Shown: piece by piece, positions 53,001-64,000 of the stretch
Numbering within the stretch: position 1 is the first letter of the stretch
How the letters are laid out: each line of letters begins with the position of its first letter
Assembly (NCBI RefSeq): GCF_026210795.1
Contig: NC_089429.1
Location: forward strand, 5,828,001-5,892,000
Length of the DNA: 64,000 nt
From: Rhizophagus irregularis
Taxonomy: Eukaryota
Direction: 5' to 3'
Notes under the pieces: model-generated
Told to the model about the DNA's origin: nothing
The model's input: the letters and a program-made list of their open reading frames with translations, nothing else
The model's database searches: none
Position numbers and translations under genes: made by a program

Positions 53001-53969
53001 TATTAATTTAAATTTGATCCTATTATAGAAGATTATGTGGTAGATGTTGATGATCGAAGAATAGAGGATTTTATGATAGATGTGTTGGGGGACTATATAT
53101 AGATGTTGAATATATGATAGATGTTGTCATGTTTGATGATCAGATCCCTTTTCTTTAATTAAAAAAGTACAATATTTTAATCGATATTCGTATTCATTCG
53201 ATATACTGTATGTGATAAAAAGGTTTAGTTGAAGCAGTTGTTGAAGCAGTTGTTGAAGCAGATGGGTTATTCAGATAAACTTATAATTAAGAATGTGGAA
53301 AATTTGGCTTCAAATCTTATTCTTTCCCGTAGATCTAGCGTAACTTTAATTATCAACTACGACAAATTTCTCATTTGTACTGTCGTATTATAAAATCCTC
53401 TTCGCAATGGATCGAAAATTTTATGTCAGTTGTCAGATTGTTGGTAAACGAAACATAACGCGCGTATATATATAATAATAAATTCTTCTTATGTATATTA
53501 AAAAATTATGTTTTTAAATAAAGGAATAAAAACAATTCCAATTTCAACCTAGCGATGTGAAAAATATGTTCATGATTTACATTCAAAACACAAAGCTTAA
53601 ACTTTTTATAAATTATTTGTCGTACTAGTATGACGTGTCAAATTATTAATCGTTCTCTATCAATAATAAAATAGAAAGGATCCTCAGAAAATTCGGAATA
53701 AGATAAATTTTTTTAGTAATTTATTTCTTTTTCCGTGAATTAAAGAAAACTTTAAGATTCTACAGTAAGAATTGTTGAGTAGCATTTTGATCACAACTTT
53801 CTCTAAACATTGTTGTTATCATCATATGAAACATATGCAGAATCTTAAACTATTAAATAATATCCGATGTGCATATATGTACTGTAATCAGTCACGCGGC
53901 ATTGGCATCGGTGTTTTATCTCCGACGCATTGTTTAAATTTAGTTATTTATTTAAAACCATAATTACTC

Positions 53970-54130
53970 CCCCTTTTTTTTCTCGTCTTTTTCTTTTCTC
54001 GTCTTTTTTTTCTTTTCTCGTCTTTTTCTTTTCTTGTCTTTTTCTTTTTCTCGTCTTTTTCTTTTCTCGTCTTTTCTTTTTCTCGTCTTTTTCTTTTCTC
54101 GTCTCGTCTCGTCTTTTCTTTTTCTTTTCG
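53970..54130. repeat. Pyrimidine-rich degenerate repeat (TTTTCTCGTCTTTTTC)n upstream of the F-box gene
   Basis: Repeated TTTTCTCGTCTTTTT units with no stops on the + frame, which artificially extend the ORF call. Confidence 0.85.
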
Positions 54131-54202
54131 AAAATAAATATTTCATTACGGAAAATTATCAAAGAAATTTTCGGTTGTAAAAAGATTATTATTTCTTTGA
54201 AA

Positions 54203-55660
54203 ATGAATAAAATTAACAAGGATATTCTTTTTTTGATATTTAATGAAATACAAAATGATTCAAAATTTCTATTTTCCTGTTTAATGGTCAATAAACTTTG
54301 GTGTGAAACTGCGATTCCAATTTTATGGAGAAACCCTTGGAATTATGATATTAATTATCACAAAAAAAGTTCGTTATACGATATTATTGTTTCTTATTTA
54401 CCTGATGATTTTACAAAATACCTAGAAAAATCACAAGAAATTAAAATTTCACATCAACAACTCTCATTTGATTATTTGTCTTATTGTAATAGTGTTAGTT
54501 CAAACGCTATATATAAGATTCTTTCTGCTGGTACCTCTTTAGGATATAATAAATTTATTTTACAAGAGGAATTTTATAATATCTTAATTGGAAAATGTTT
54601 GAAGTTCAAATATTTGGATATGGAAACAATTAAACACCAAATATTTTATTTTTCATTGGCTAGATCTCGTCTTGAATCACTTTGTGAATTAAGATGTGAT
54701 TCATCTATAGAATCTTCTTACTTTTATGGGTTGGCTCGTATCAGTTCAAATATACAGAGGCTTATCGTTATTAATAAGGACATGGACGTTAATCATGGAA
54801 TTGTTAAATTAATCGATTATCAGAATAATCTAAGGTATTTTGAATGGAAAGATAATTCTAACGATGTTTATATTGCAGAAGATCCATATGAAGAGTTGCT
54901 TCATACGTTAGAACGAAAAGTAAATACTCTTAGCCATTTAATAATGTCCATTCGTTTTGATGACGATTATCAGCACTTATATCTTCAAGAGGTACTCCCA
55001 AAATTTACTAAGCTAAAAACATTAGTAATTAATAATATTCTTGGTTATAATGATGTTAATTCCGAGCTTGTGTATGGTGATCTAGAGGTTTTTAAAACAA
55101 ATTATATATCATTACAAAAGGCTTCAAGCATAATTAAAAATAGTGGGGGTCATCTTAAAGATATTTTATTAAAATATGATTATTATGATTATTATTACGA
55201 AAATTATTTTGATGATTCTCTAATTTTTATTAAAAAAGTTTATGAAAATTGTCCTTTGGTTGAACGTCTATCAATTTTAGTTTCTTACTCGGATCAACAT
55301 CTATTAGAATTGGAAAATTTATTAAAATCTAGTAAAAATTTGAAATCATTACTAGTTATATTAGGAGTAGAAAGAACCTCTTATGAACAAATGTTAGAAA
55401 AAGGTGATGCTTTGTTAAAAATATTATTAAAATATGCACCAACCAATTTAAGGGAAATTAGATTCTTTGATAGTTATAAATTTTCTTTGGAAAACTTGGA
55501 GAAATTCTTCGGAGGATGGAAACGCAGGCCTGCGCTTACTATAATTACGTCTGATCCTATTTATAGAATGGAGGGTTATTCGAGACTTGTTAGTAAATAC
55601 AAAAATTTAGGAGTAATTAAAGAATTTAGATGTGATTCTGATAATGCAATATATTTTTGA
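54203..55660 (+). CDS. F-box domain protein with LRR/RNI-like C-terminus (485 aa)
   Basis: The likely start ATG at 54203 gives MNKINKDILFLIFNEIQNDSKFLFSCLMVNKLWCETAIPILWRNPW (F-box), then FDYLSYC, LxxLxxL repeats and the C-terminus FSLENLEKFF..WK.R..L..Y..LV.KYK..GVIKEF, typical of the AMF-expanded F-box family. Confidence 0.92.
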   Translation: MNKINKDILFLIFNEIQNDSKFLFSCLMVNKLWCETAIPILWRNPWNYDINYHKKSSLYDIIVSYLPDDFTKYLEKSQEIKISHQQLSFDYLSYCNSVSSNAIYKILSAGTSLGYNKFILQEEFYNILIGKCLKFKYLDMETIKHQIFYFSLARSRLESLCELRCDSSIESSYFYGLARISSNIQRLIVINKDMDVNHGIVKLIDYQNNLRYFEWKDNSNDVYIAEDPYEELLHTLERKVNTLSHLIMSIRFDDDYQHLYLQEVLPKFTKLKTLVINNILGYNDVNSELVYGDLEVFKTNYISLQKASSIIKNSGGHLKDILLKYDYYDYYYENYFDDSLIFIKKVYENCPLVERLSILVSYSDQHLLELENLLKSSKNLKSLLVILGVERTSYEQMLEKGDALLKILLKYAPTNLREIRFFDSYKFSLENLEKFFGGWKRRPALTIITSDPIYRMEGYSRLVSKYKNLGVIKEFRCDSDNAIYF

Positions 55661-55761
55661 TTAGTGTAATATATTTTTGATTAGTGCAATATATTTTTGA
55701 TTAGTACAATATATTTTTGATTAGTGCAATATATTTTTTGATTAGTGCAATATATTTTTGG
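55641..55761. repeat. 20-bp tandem repeat, 6 copies, beginning within the F-box stop-codon region
   Basis: TTAGTGCAATATATTTTTGA x6; copy 1 (ATAATGCAATATATTTTTGA) supplies the last codons and the TGA. Confidence 0.95.
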
Positions 55762-57819
55762 TTATTAAATAAAGATCTATTACTACTCTCTCGTGATTAA
55801 ATTTTTTTTTTTTTTTTTTTTTGACGAGAAAAAATTCATACATTTTAAATAACCAATCAAAAAAAGTCACTGACGCAATTCTTCCTTCGGGGAAAGAATC
55901 AATATTGTACGATCAACTGCATAAGGATATGACGGTTTAATATTTTTTTTTTTTTGATCACAACCTATAATGTCAATCGGTTTGAGCCGTTCGTATCAAA
56001 AATACCTAGAAGCGAATTGGACTAACGAACCGAAATAATCGATTCTGCTCCGAGTTACTCCCATCCTACCACAAGAGATTATATATATATATATTATTGT
56101 GAGGAACTGATCTAAAGGCCATAAACCCAACAGATTCGTTAATTTCACTAATTTTATTATTTTAATAGTTTGATTCACAAAAATTTATTTAATAACATTG
56201 GATTGATCTAATTAATACATTATTAGAAAAATTACAAAAAAAAAAGATAAGAAAAAAAATAATTTCTAATTTGCAAGGAGTACGTTTACACAAAAAGATC
56301 AACCCCGATTCTCGTTAATTATTTCATTAATAGAATAAGTAATAGGCATTACAGGTTGTGAATCGTACTCTTTTGTTTGATCTTTTGAAATCTTGAGTTG
56401 TTGAAGCTCTTTTATGAGGCCTTGGCGTCAATTGAAGGACTTCTTCTCTTTTTTTTGTATCATCATCATTTGTCTAATAACGAGAAAAAAATGGTATTGA
56501 ATAATTTTTTTTTTGCCAGATATTTATCATAAATTACCTCGAAATTTTGACTCGAGTCGCTATTTGAAAAGGAGACCAATTTTGTTTTTCGCGTATTTAT
56601 ATAAAAGCTATCGAATGAAACAGGTGTACCATAACTTGGAGAGGAATTAAAGATCATTTTAATATTATTATCTTTCGAAGTAAAAAAAAAAAAAGGTAAT
56701 GTAATATGATTTTTCGTAATTCGTATGTATTAATATGATTTTTTTGTATTGAACGAAGAATGAAAAAATTAAGAACAAAAGTTTCAATTTATAGATTTAT
56801 CCAAAATGATTACGCATATGATATTTTACTAAATTAGATTTACGCGTTTAATTAAAGACGTGTTTAAATTGTTTACAATGATGCATTTTGATGCATTTAT
56901 CGCATTCGTCAAGAAGATTACAAGATTACCAGGATAATCTTTGCGTTCGCGTTATTTATATTCATCATTCATTTCAGAGCTCTATTTGTCACTTGCATAT
57001 GTCACGTCCCACCCTTTTACTAACCCATGATAATTGTGCTACCCGAGATGGTGTGATAAGACTACCCAGATTACACATTGATTCATTAAAAGAATCCTTA
57101 ATAAGGATAATAAAGGTCATATGCAAAAAAAGTATTTTTTTTTTAATGGAAAGGTATTTTAAATAAAAGTCATATGTAAAAATAGTATATCATAAAATTA
57201 GGTTACAATAAAAAAAGTATATAATTTCATAAGGTTACATATTATAAAATGTATATTTTTGGAAAAAGAAATTTAATTTTACATTAAACAGATTTATACA
57301 ATATAATAAATATTTACTAAAATTCACTTTATATTATACTTGTAGATTTATATTACTAAAATTTAGATAATTTATCAAAAGTTCAATATAATTACTTTTA
57401 AAATATATACACATTTTAACTTTTAACTTTAATGTTATATTGTCAAATCCAAATTCTATTAAAAAGAGCATTTAAATTTTAAATATAAGAAAAATAAAAA
57501 AAAATAAATGCTCAGAAGTAATAATACCCTTTAATTTATTATTACAGCCTAAAAGTTCTGTTTTTTATAAAATAAAAAAAAAAGAAATATGATTAGTAAC
57601 ATTTCTTTAATTTATTTTCAATATACCAATATATTTATAATTCTGTAGAAATAGATTCTTATAGAAAAATAAAAAAAAGAATATTAGTTATTTTTAATAA
57701 AATTAAAAATAAAAAAACTGAGATAAAAAATATTGACTTATTTATTTATATATTTCTAAGAAACAACTTGAAATCATTTTTAAATAAAAAGAAATAATTA
57801 ATATTCATCTTTTTCTTTA

Positions 57820-58000
57820 AGAAAGTTTACACATATTATATAATTATCAAAGGGGAAAGGGGTAACCAAAATCTTACGTTATACTTAATAAAATATATAA
57901 TTTATAAATATTATAATTTAATTGGTTATTAAATCTGACAAGGGAAGGAGGAAGTAAGTTTATATTAAACTAAATATTACATAATATATGTAACTTCCCT
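57820..58000. mobile_element. Degenerate PIF/Harbinger-like MITE
   Basis: Imperfect TIRs AGAAAGTTTACACATATTATATAAT / ATTACATAATATATGTAACTTCCCT, flanked by TTA and TAA, with internal GGGGAAAGGGG and GGGAAGGAGG tracts. Confidence 0.5.
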
Positions 58001-58189
58001 TAAAATAAAACTAATAATTTTAGAAAATTATATATATATAATTCTTTGCAGATCCTATTATAAAAGGAAATTTTATGTTACATTATTATGATTTTTTTCC
58101 TTTTTAGCTAATTAACCAATAGAATTTAAGAAAAAAGTAAGATAAAAACTATTAGTAAAGGGCTAATTTTCTACAGTGACCTTTATTAT

Positions 58190-59815
58190 AAGTAAGCGAG
58201 TTCTAATTTACCACTCTGATTTTTACCTTCTATTATTGCAATGATGAAAGAATCAGGAACACCAAATATTTCTAATGGGTCAATTACATATACAAATGAG
58301 ATTTCAGGATACGAATTTCTAATAGCAATATCTAAAACTATTGAAAATGAAATTTGAAAAGAATTATCTGATGTTGTAGCATTTGGAATAATGATTGATG
58401 AGAGTACAGATATTACGACAACCAAACATTTAGATATATATATTTCATATGTAGCTAAACGAGGAATAGTCAAAACCCATTTTTTATGTCTTATACCTTT
58501 AACTGAATGTGATGCAGAAAGTATTATTTGTGCAATAATTGATATTTTTGAAAGAAAAGGAGTTTTATCTAAGCTTGTAGCATTTGCTTCGGATAGTGCA
58601 TCAGTTATATTAGGAAAAAATGAAGGTGTAGCAGCAAAACTTTCCAAAATATGCACTTATCCTTTAATTATTAATCATTGCGTAGCTTATAGATTAGTTT
58701 TAATATGTAAAGATGCAAGAAAAGAAATTGAGTTTTATAAGAAAGCTGAATTATTAGTTAAAAAAATTTATGGTTATTTCAAAAATTCATGCTCACGTAT
58801 TCAACAATTAAAAGAAATTCAAGATTTTTTAGATTGTTCTATTTTAAAAATAAAGAGATTATATGAAATATGTTGGCTTGCATAGTATGAAGCTATTAAA
58901 AGTATTTGGAAGAAGCAAAGAATGATGGAGGGCTAAAATTAGTATATAATAAATTAACATCTTAGAGAATGTTGGCATTTTTATATTTTTTATGATATTT
59001 TAGAACATGTAATGCAATTGAGTAAATTTTTACAAAAAAAAATTTGCGATTTTCGGATATAGATTTAATGATATAAGTCACAATTAATTCTATTTAAAAA
59101 GAATATTCAATAAATGATCAATCACAAAAATTCGGATATAATGTTCAAAGATTTATTGATAAAACTAACCCATTTGGAAATAGCTCAATTGAATATATGG
59201 GATATAATATTTCTTTTAATGGGCGGGATTATGATAAATTCTTAATGGATATATATAGTTATTCAACAAGCATTATTTCTGAATTACAATAACGGTTTCC
59301 TAATAGATCATTATTTGTTTCTATGAAAATATTGAATTCACAAGAATGGTACAAAAACTTTCAAGATTTATTATTCTTTAGAGATAATGAATTAGAAGAC
59401 TTATTAAAATATTATGAGTGTCCAAATATTCATAATAATATTCAATCATCAGCACTCTTTAATATTAATAAATGTAGACAAGAATGGACGGGATTTAATA
59501 AAATGATTGTTAGCAATAATCTTTCTTCTAAAGATATAGATACAATTCTTTCCTTACTAATTCAAGATTATAATGATATTTTTCTAAATATTATCAAATT
59601 AATTCAATTAATATATTGTATACCCTTTTCAAGTATAGAATATGAATGTGGTTTTAGTAGACAGAATTAAATTAAAACCAAAAACAGAAATTTATTAACG
59701 ACAAATACATTAGATATGATGATGCGTGTCTCTTTAGAAGGACCAGAAAGTTCCAAGTTTGACTATAATCGTGTATTTACTATTTAAAATAATCAAAAAA
59801 GACATTGGTATTAAA
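58190..59815 (+). mobile_element. hAT transposase pseudogene (ZNF862/DUF4371-like, with C-terminal dimerisation domain)
   Basis: FGIMIDESTD (D1), FASDSASVILG (D2, from DGA), NHCVAYRL (CxxH-like), EICWL (RW motif), IPFSSIEYECGFSRQN*IKTKNRNLL..TLDMMMRVSLEGP (catalytic E and dimerisation region). Multiple stops and frameshifts; element ends not established. Confidence 0.9.
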
Positions 59816-60195
59816 AAATAATCTTATATTCCATTTTGTCAAATTTATTACTGAAATAAAAAGAATATTAGATCATTAAAACAATTTACCATAATACTTT
59901 CATAATGTGTCCATTAAGCAGCTGCAATATATTCACCATTTTCTTTAAATTGAAATTACCCCAGAAAATGTACTGTTCCTATAAAAAAATTTTAAAAAAG
60001 GTATATTATAAAATAAATACAACTATACAAGAGAAAAGAATACAAAATTTTGAAAATAAAGTTAAACATACCGTATTTTTAAAAATTCAAAATAATTGTT
60101 CTGTTATAATATATTGTGGAGACTTACTTTTTTCGAAATTGCTTTTGCAGTTCTGCTTTTCGCAATTATGTGGCTTAGGGAGTAAAAAATATATA

Positions 60196-62705
60196 CAGTA
60201 ACACCTTCATACTAAGTGCACGTGTGTGCACTTAAAGAACAACCAATAAAAAAATAAATCATATTACACAATTAAAAAATTTTATTTATTTAATATTATT
60301 TTCTGATTTAAACATTTTGCGAAAAATATATTTATTTAATGAAAATATGCATTAAGGTCAGTTTGCCGCATTAAGTTTGTTTTTTGACCTTAAAAATTTT
60401 TTCAATCTTTTCCACCAACTTTATATACTCTTCCGCATTGTCTTGCTGAAGCAGAAATATACATACAGTTTCTAAACTATTAATTGCAATATTAACGCTA
60501 ATAATAGAACTTTTATTGCTATCATCCATTTCTTCTAATTCTATATCCTCCTTGTTAGCATTTTTAAAAAGATATACGAGTTCTTCAATAATTTGATCAT
60601 CTTTGGGAACTTTGTAAATAACATTTTCTTCAGATATGTTAAGAAACTTTTCTGCCTGCATTGGATAGGGGAGATTAAGGCCTTGAAGAGCATCTGCAAG
60701 ATCATTAAGTACTAAATCTTCACATTGGCGAATATCTTCTGAAATATTTCTTAAATCTACATTTGCATCAGGTAGGATTTTTGTGTGGCACCAGCAGTTA
60801 CAAATTATCTCAGCATTAACCTCATCCCAGACTTGAATGATATAACGAATAGTCTGCAGAACATCCATGCGTAAATCTTCTGTATGCCCACCTGCTTCTA
60901 CATATCGCAGCATCCAACTTTAAAAATAAGCAATTAGATTTGATGTTGTAATAATTAGCAGATCTAACAATATACCTTACCGCATATAAAAATGATGATA
61001 ATATTGTTTGAATGATATGATTATTCCAGCATCCATTGGCTGGATTTTTGAAGTTGTGTTTGGAAGCAAAAAATAAATATCAGTGTATCGTAAGGTAAGG
61101 CCAGATATTTTGTGACTGGAACAGTTGTCAAGAAGAAATAACACGTGCTGGCCTTGATGCTTTAGATCAACTTGACAATCAAATTCTTTAATCCACTCTT
61201 GGAAGAGTGTTGTGATCATCCAGGCTTTGGTATTGTTATGGTATGTCATGGGCATGTTTTGAATATTTATGTTTTTAAAACAGCAAGGCTTTTTAAAATT
61301 TCCAATGATTAAAGGTTTTAATTTGTGTGATCCATCAGCATTTGCATATAATGCAATTGAAAGGCATTCTTTGTTCACTTTACGTCTAGAAAATCGTTTT
61401 GTTGCAAGTGTTTGATCAGGTTCTAGCCTACAAATTATCAATAATCGTGTACAATGAATTTTATGTTTTAAAATTTTTTTTTAATTAATTTAGTAAATTT
61501 ACCTATAGAAAAGTCCCGTTTCATTCATGTTATAGATTCTTTCAGGAGGGTAATTGGAACAAAGTTTTTTAATAAAGGCAAGGCATTAGCGATAGCTGCT
61601 TCATCAGCAGATGAAGCTTCTCCTTCAAGTTTTTGTTGGCGAATTCCATTGTGATCCTTAAATTTATGAAGCCATCCCAGAGAAAATTATAATGCATCTT
61701 GAGGAATACCTAAGCCATTTGCAATCATTTTGGCTTTTTCAATAAGGATCGCATCACTTAATACCGTTCAATGCTGGTAGTTTAATACGAACTTCTTAAG
61801 TGCAAGCTCGACTTCTGGATAGGTAACTGGTTTATGCCATTTTGTATTTGAACTGATAGTTTCTGAATTAAAACATTTATCTGATGTTTGTAGAATACAA
61901 GTAATGGTGCTCTCATTAACTCTGACGCTCCATTTTTCTTCAATCCAATCAACATACTGAGCTCAGATTTTTTTATTATTATGAGTGTAAATACAAAGTT
62001 CTCGCTTTTATATCTCAGTAAGGGTGGTTTTTTTGACAGACATTTTTAGAGACATATGGAACATATGGCTGATTTTAATGTTATTATATAATGATGAAAT
62101 CATCATCTTTTTTCGTTAATTTAGATATATGACAGGAATCCAATAATCTACTTTTTATTCTATGGGGTTTGCATCATGCACTATTTTCTTGTAAATATAA
62201 TCTCCTTAAAAAATCTTCCCCAACTATACTAATTTAGGATTATTGACTAAACAAATGTTCACATGCTTTTAACTGATTTAACTTATCTTAAATGCATTAA
62301 TGTATTTAATTAAGTGTAATAAAAGCGAAACAAGAGCATTACATTTGAATTTATTGTAATTATAGTTCGTAGCAATCACTTATACAAAATAATTTGATTT
62401 TTTTAATAGAATTATTAGAAATCAAATAATGTTATTTTCAGAAATGTATAAAAACACCATAATATATACAAATAATAAATTAATCTATCTATTTTAATAA
62501 TTAACCGTTTTATTGTTATTGGTCAATAGTCACATGAATGCACTTATGAAGGGTATTCCAATATACCCGAGACTCAGAATTGCTTGCACATGCAGAATAT
62601 AGAAGGAGTGCACTTAGCTTTAAGTTCCAAGCTTGGGACCGGACTATGATGTGCATATAAAGAGGGAGTGCACTTATAGAGGATGCTATTATGGAGGTGT
62701 TACTG
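60196..62705 (-). mobile_element. Full-length inactive pogo/Tigger-like (Tc1/mariner) DNA transposon, 2510 bp
   Basis: TIRs CAGTAACACCTTCATA / TATGGAGGTGTTACTG (15/16 match), with a TA TSD on both sides. Confidence 0.92.
60371..62055 (-). pseudogene. pogo transposase (CENP-B HTH + DDE_1), 3 exons, with premature stops
   Basis: YPEVELAL..KAK..FSLGWLHKFK (CENP-B HTH); IYNMNETGLFYR; NADGSHKLKPLIIG; KAWM; LLDNCSSH; PNTTSKIQPMDAGII. GT-AG introns at 61502-61428 and 60980-60918. Several in-frame stops in exon 1. Confidence 0.9.
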
Positions 62706-62926
62706 TATATATAAATTCCGGCATTTGTAAAATTTACCAGAAATCTGTTATGTCATGTCCAAAAAATTTCTGAATTTAAAAAAATAACTGGATTTATTAG
62801 AAATTTTTCAGAAAATCTGGCAAATTTTGAATAGATTTTGTACAATGACTCTACGCTATACCTTCAAGTACTAAACAAAATTTAAAAATTCTGTTTTTTG
62901 TAAATATCTTATGATTTACCAATTCA

Positions 62927-63002
62927 ATTTGAGCAATCATTTTTTTTTTTTATTTTGAAGAGCTCAATGAGAACTATCAAATAAAAAAAAGATTACTCAA
63001 AT
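62927..63002. repeat. Imperfect palindrome, probably inside a non-autonomous DNA element
   Basis: ATTTGAGCAATCA(T)nATTTTGAAGAGCTC .. GAGAACTATCAAAT(A)nGATTACTCAAAT. Confidence 0.6.
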
Positions 63003-63422
63003 CTGATCACTAAATCACAAAATAATTGCAAAATATTCTTCTAAATACTATACAATTCTATGAAATTTTTCAAGAAGGATACCATATATAGGGGGGTATA
63101 AAGATGTTAGCTATAATTCAAAAAAGTATCATAATATAAAATTTTTATATGCTATAATTAATTAAGGCTATAAAAATCTTATAGCCATAATTTAAAATTT
63201 TTTAAAAAATAATTAAGGCTAATATCTTTAAAGGGTACTATAACCCACGATATATGATATATTTTTATTTTTTTTTTATTTTTTTTTATTAATTATACTT
63301 AAAGGAATCACAATAATATATTAATACAAAGGAGAGATCAGATCTTTAAAAAATCCTAAACGATCGAAAAAATTGCTTACCCGCTGCTGACGTGCAATGG
63401 TAAATATATCCCATGAGTATTA

Positions 63423-63777
63423 CACCATACTAAAAAAAGGAATCAGTAGTTAAGGACTCTGAACAATATATATAAAGGTAGGTTTTGAGTTTGTTTAGCC
63501 AACATATAAAAATTTTTCCTATGTGAGATTTATTATTGCTTATTTGATAACATAATTTTTAAATAGTCAGATATAATTATATGTAGCAAAGTATTAAATT
63601 ATTAATAGTCAGATATATATTTGCATAGCAGGATAGAATTTTTTAATATATGGCATAATTTCAGCCAGAATTAAAAGATTTGCAAAGAATTTCCTTTTTT
63701 GGAAATTTGAGCAATACAATTTTTTTAATTTCTCTAAAAAGTAACAGAAGATAAAATTTCCTTTTTTTAGTTTTGTG
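63423..63777. mobile_element. MITE (355 bp) with 20-bp TIRs and a TA TSD
   Basis: Left end CACCATACTAAAAAAAGGAA; reverse complement of the right end CACAAAACTAAAAAAAGGAA (18/20). TA flanks both sides. Confidence 0.65.
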
Positions 63778-64000
63778 TAATATTGGTGACGAATAGGAGT
63801 AGGGTTACACAATTCAAATGACTTATTTATATGGTTAATCTAAACATAACGCCTACGTGATTGCAGTATTTTTTAATATATAGATAGATATATAGATATA
63901 TAATATAATATATCAGATATATTTACATTTTTCACATTAAAAAAAATTAATAAAATATGTAAACAAAGTTATAAATATGTTTGAGTAGAAAAAATTTACT

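Noticed and set aside
53930..54202. N-terminal 91 aa (Phe/Ser-rich) of the 576-aa ORF, and the Lys/Arg-rich antisense ORFs 53944-54291 and 53964-54146
   Set aside because: These are translations of a pyrimidine-rich simple repeat with a non-ATG start. F-box homology begins at the ATG at 54203.
58186..58656. 156-aa minus-strand ORF
   Set aside because: Antisense shadow of the hAT transposase pseudogene.

Overview
This is very AT-rich, gene-sparse eukaryotic DNA with short GT-AG introns. The gene families present point to an arbuscular mycorrhizal fungus (Glomeromycotina, Rhizophagus-like); this is inferred from family recognition, not a database search. Six apparently intact protein genes are supported: two paralogous two-exon TKL-type kinases that both lack the catalytic Asp (likely pseudokinases), a two-exon pirin, a 321-aa multi-pass membrane protein, an F-box/LRR-like protein and a 102-aa secreted prepropeptide. 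The prepropeptide is the best novelty candidate: its predicted mature part is a strongly cationic, 8-cysteine peptide with an amphipathic FLPAIL- N-terminus, suggesting an antimicrobial peptide or effector. The rest is decayed sequence: Hsp70, SWIRM, Mrr-like nuclease, ubiquitin-like and kinase pseudogene fragments; RNase H-containing LINE remnants; a Helitron-like remnant; a dead hAT transposase; a full-length dead pogo/Tigger element; several MITEs and minisatellites; a long fold-back palindrome; and a three-unit array with a conserved GC-rich hairpin. No rRNA, tRNA or CRISPR array was recognised.
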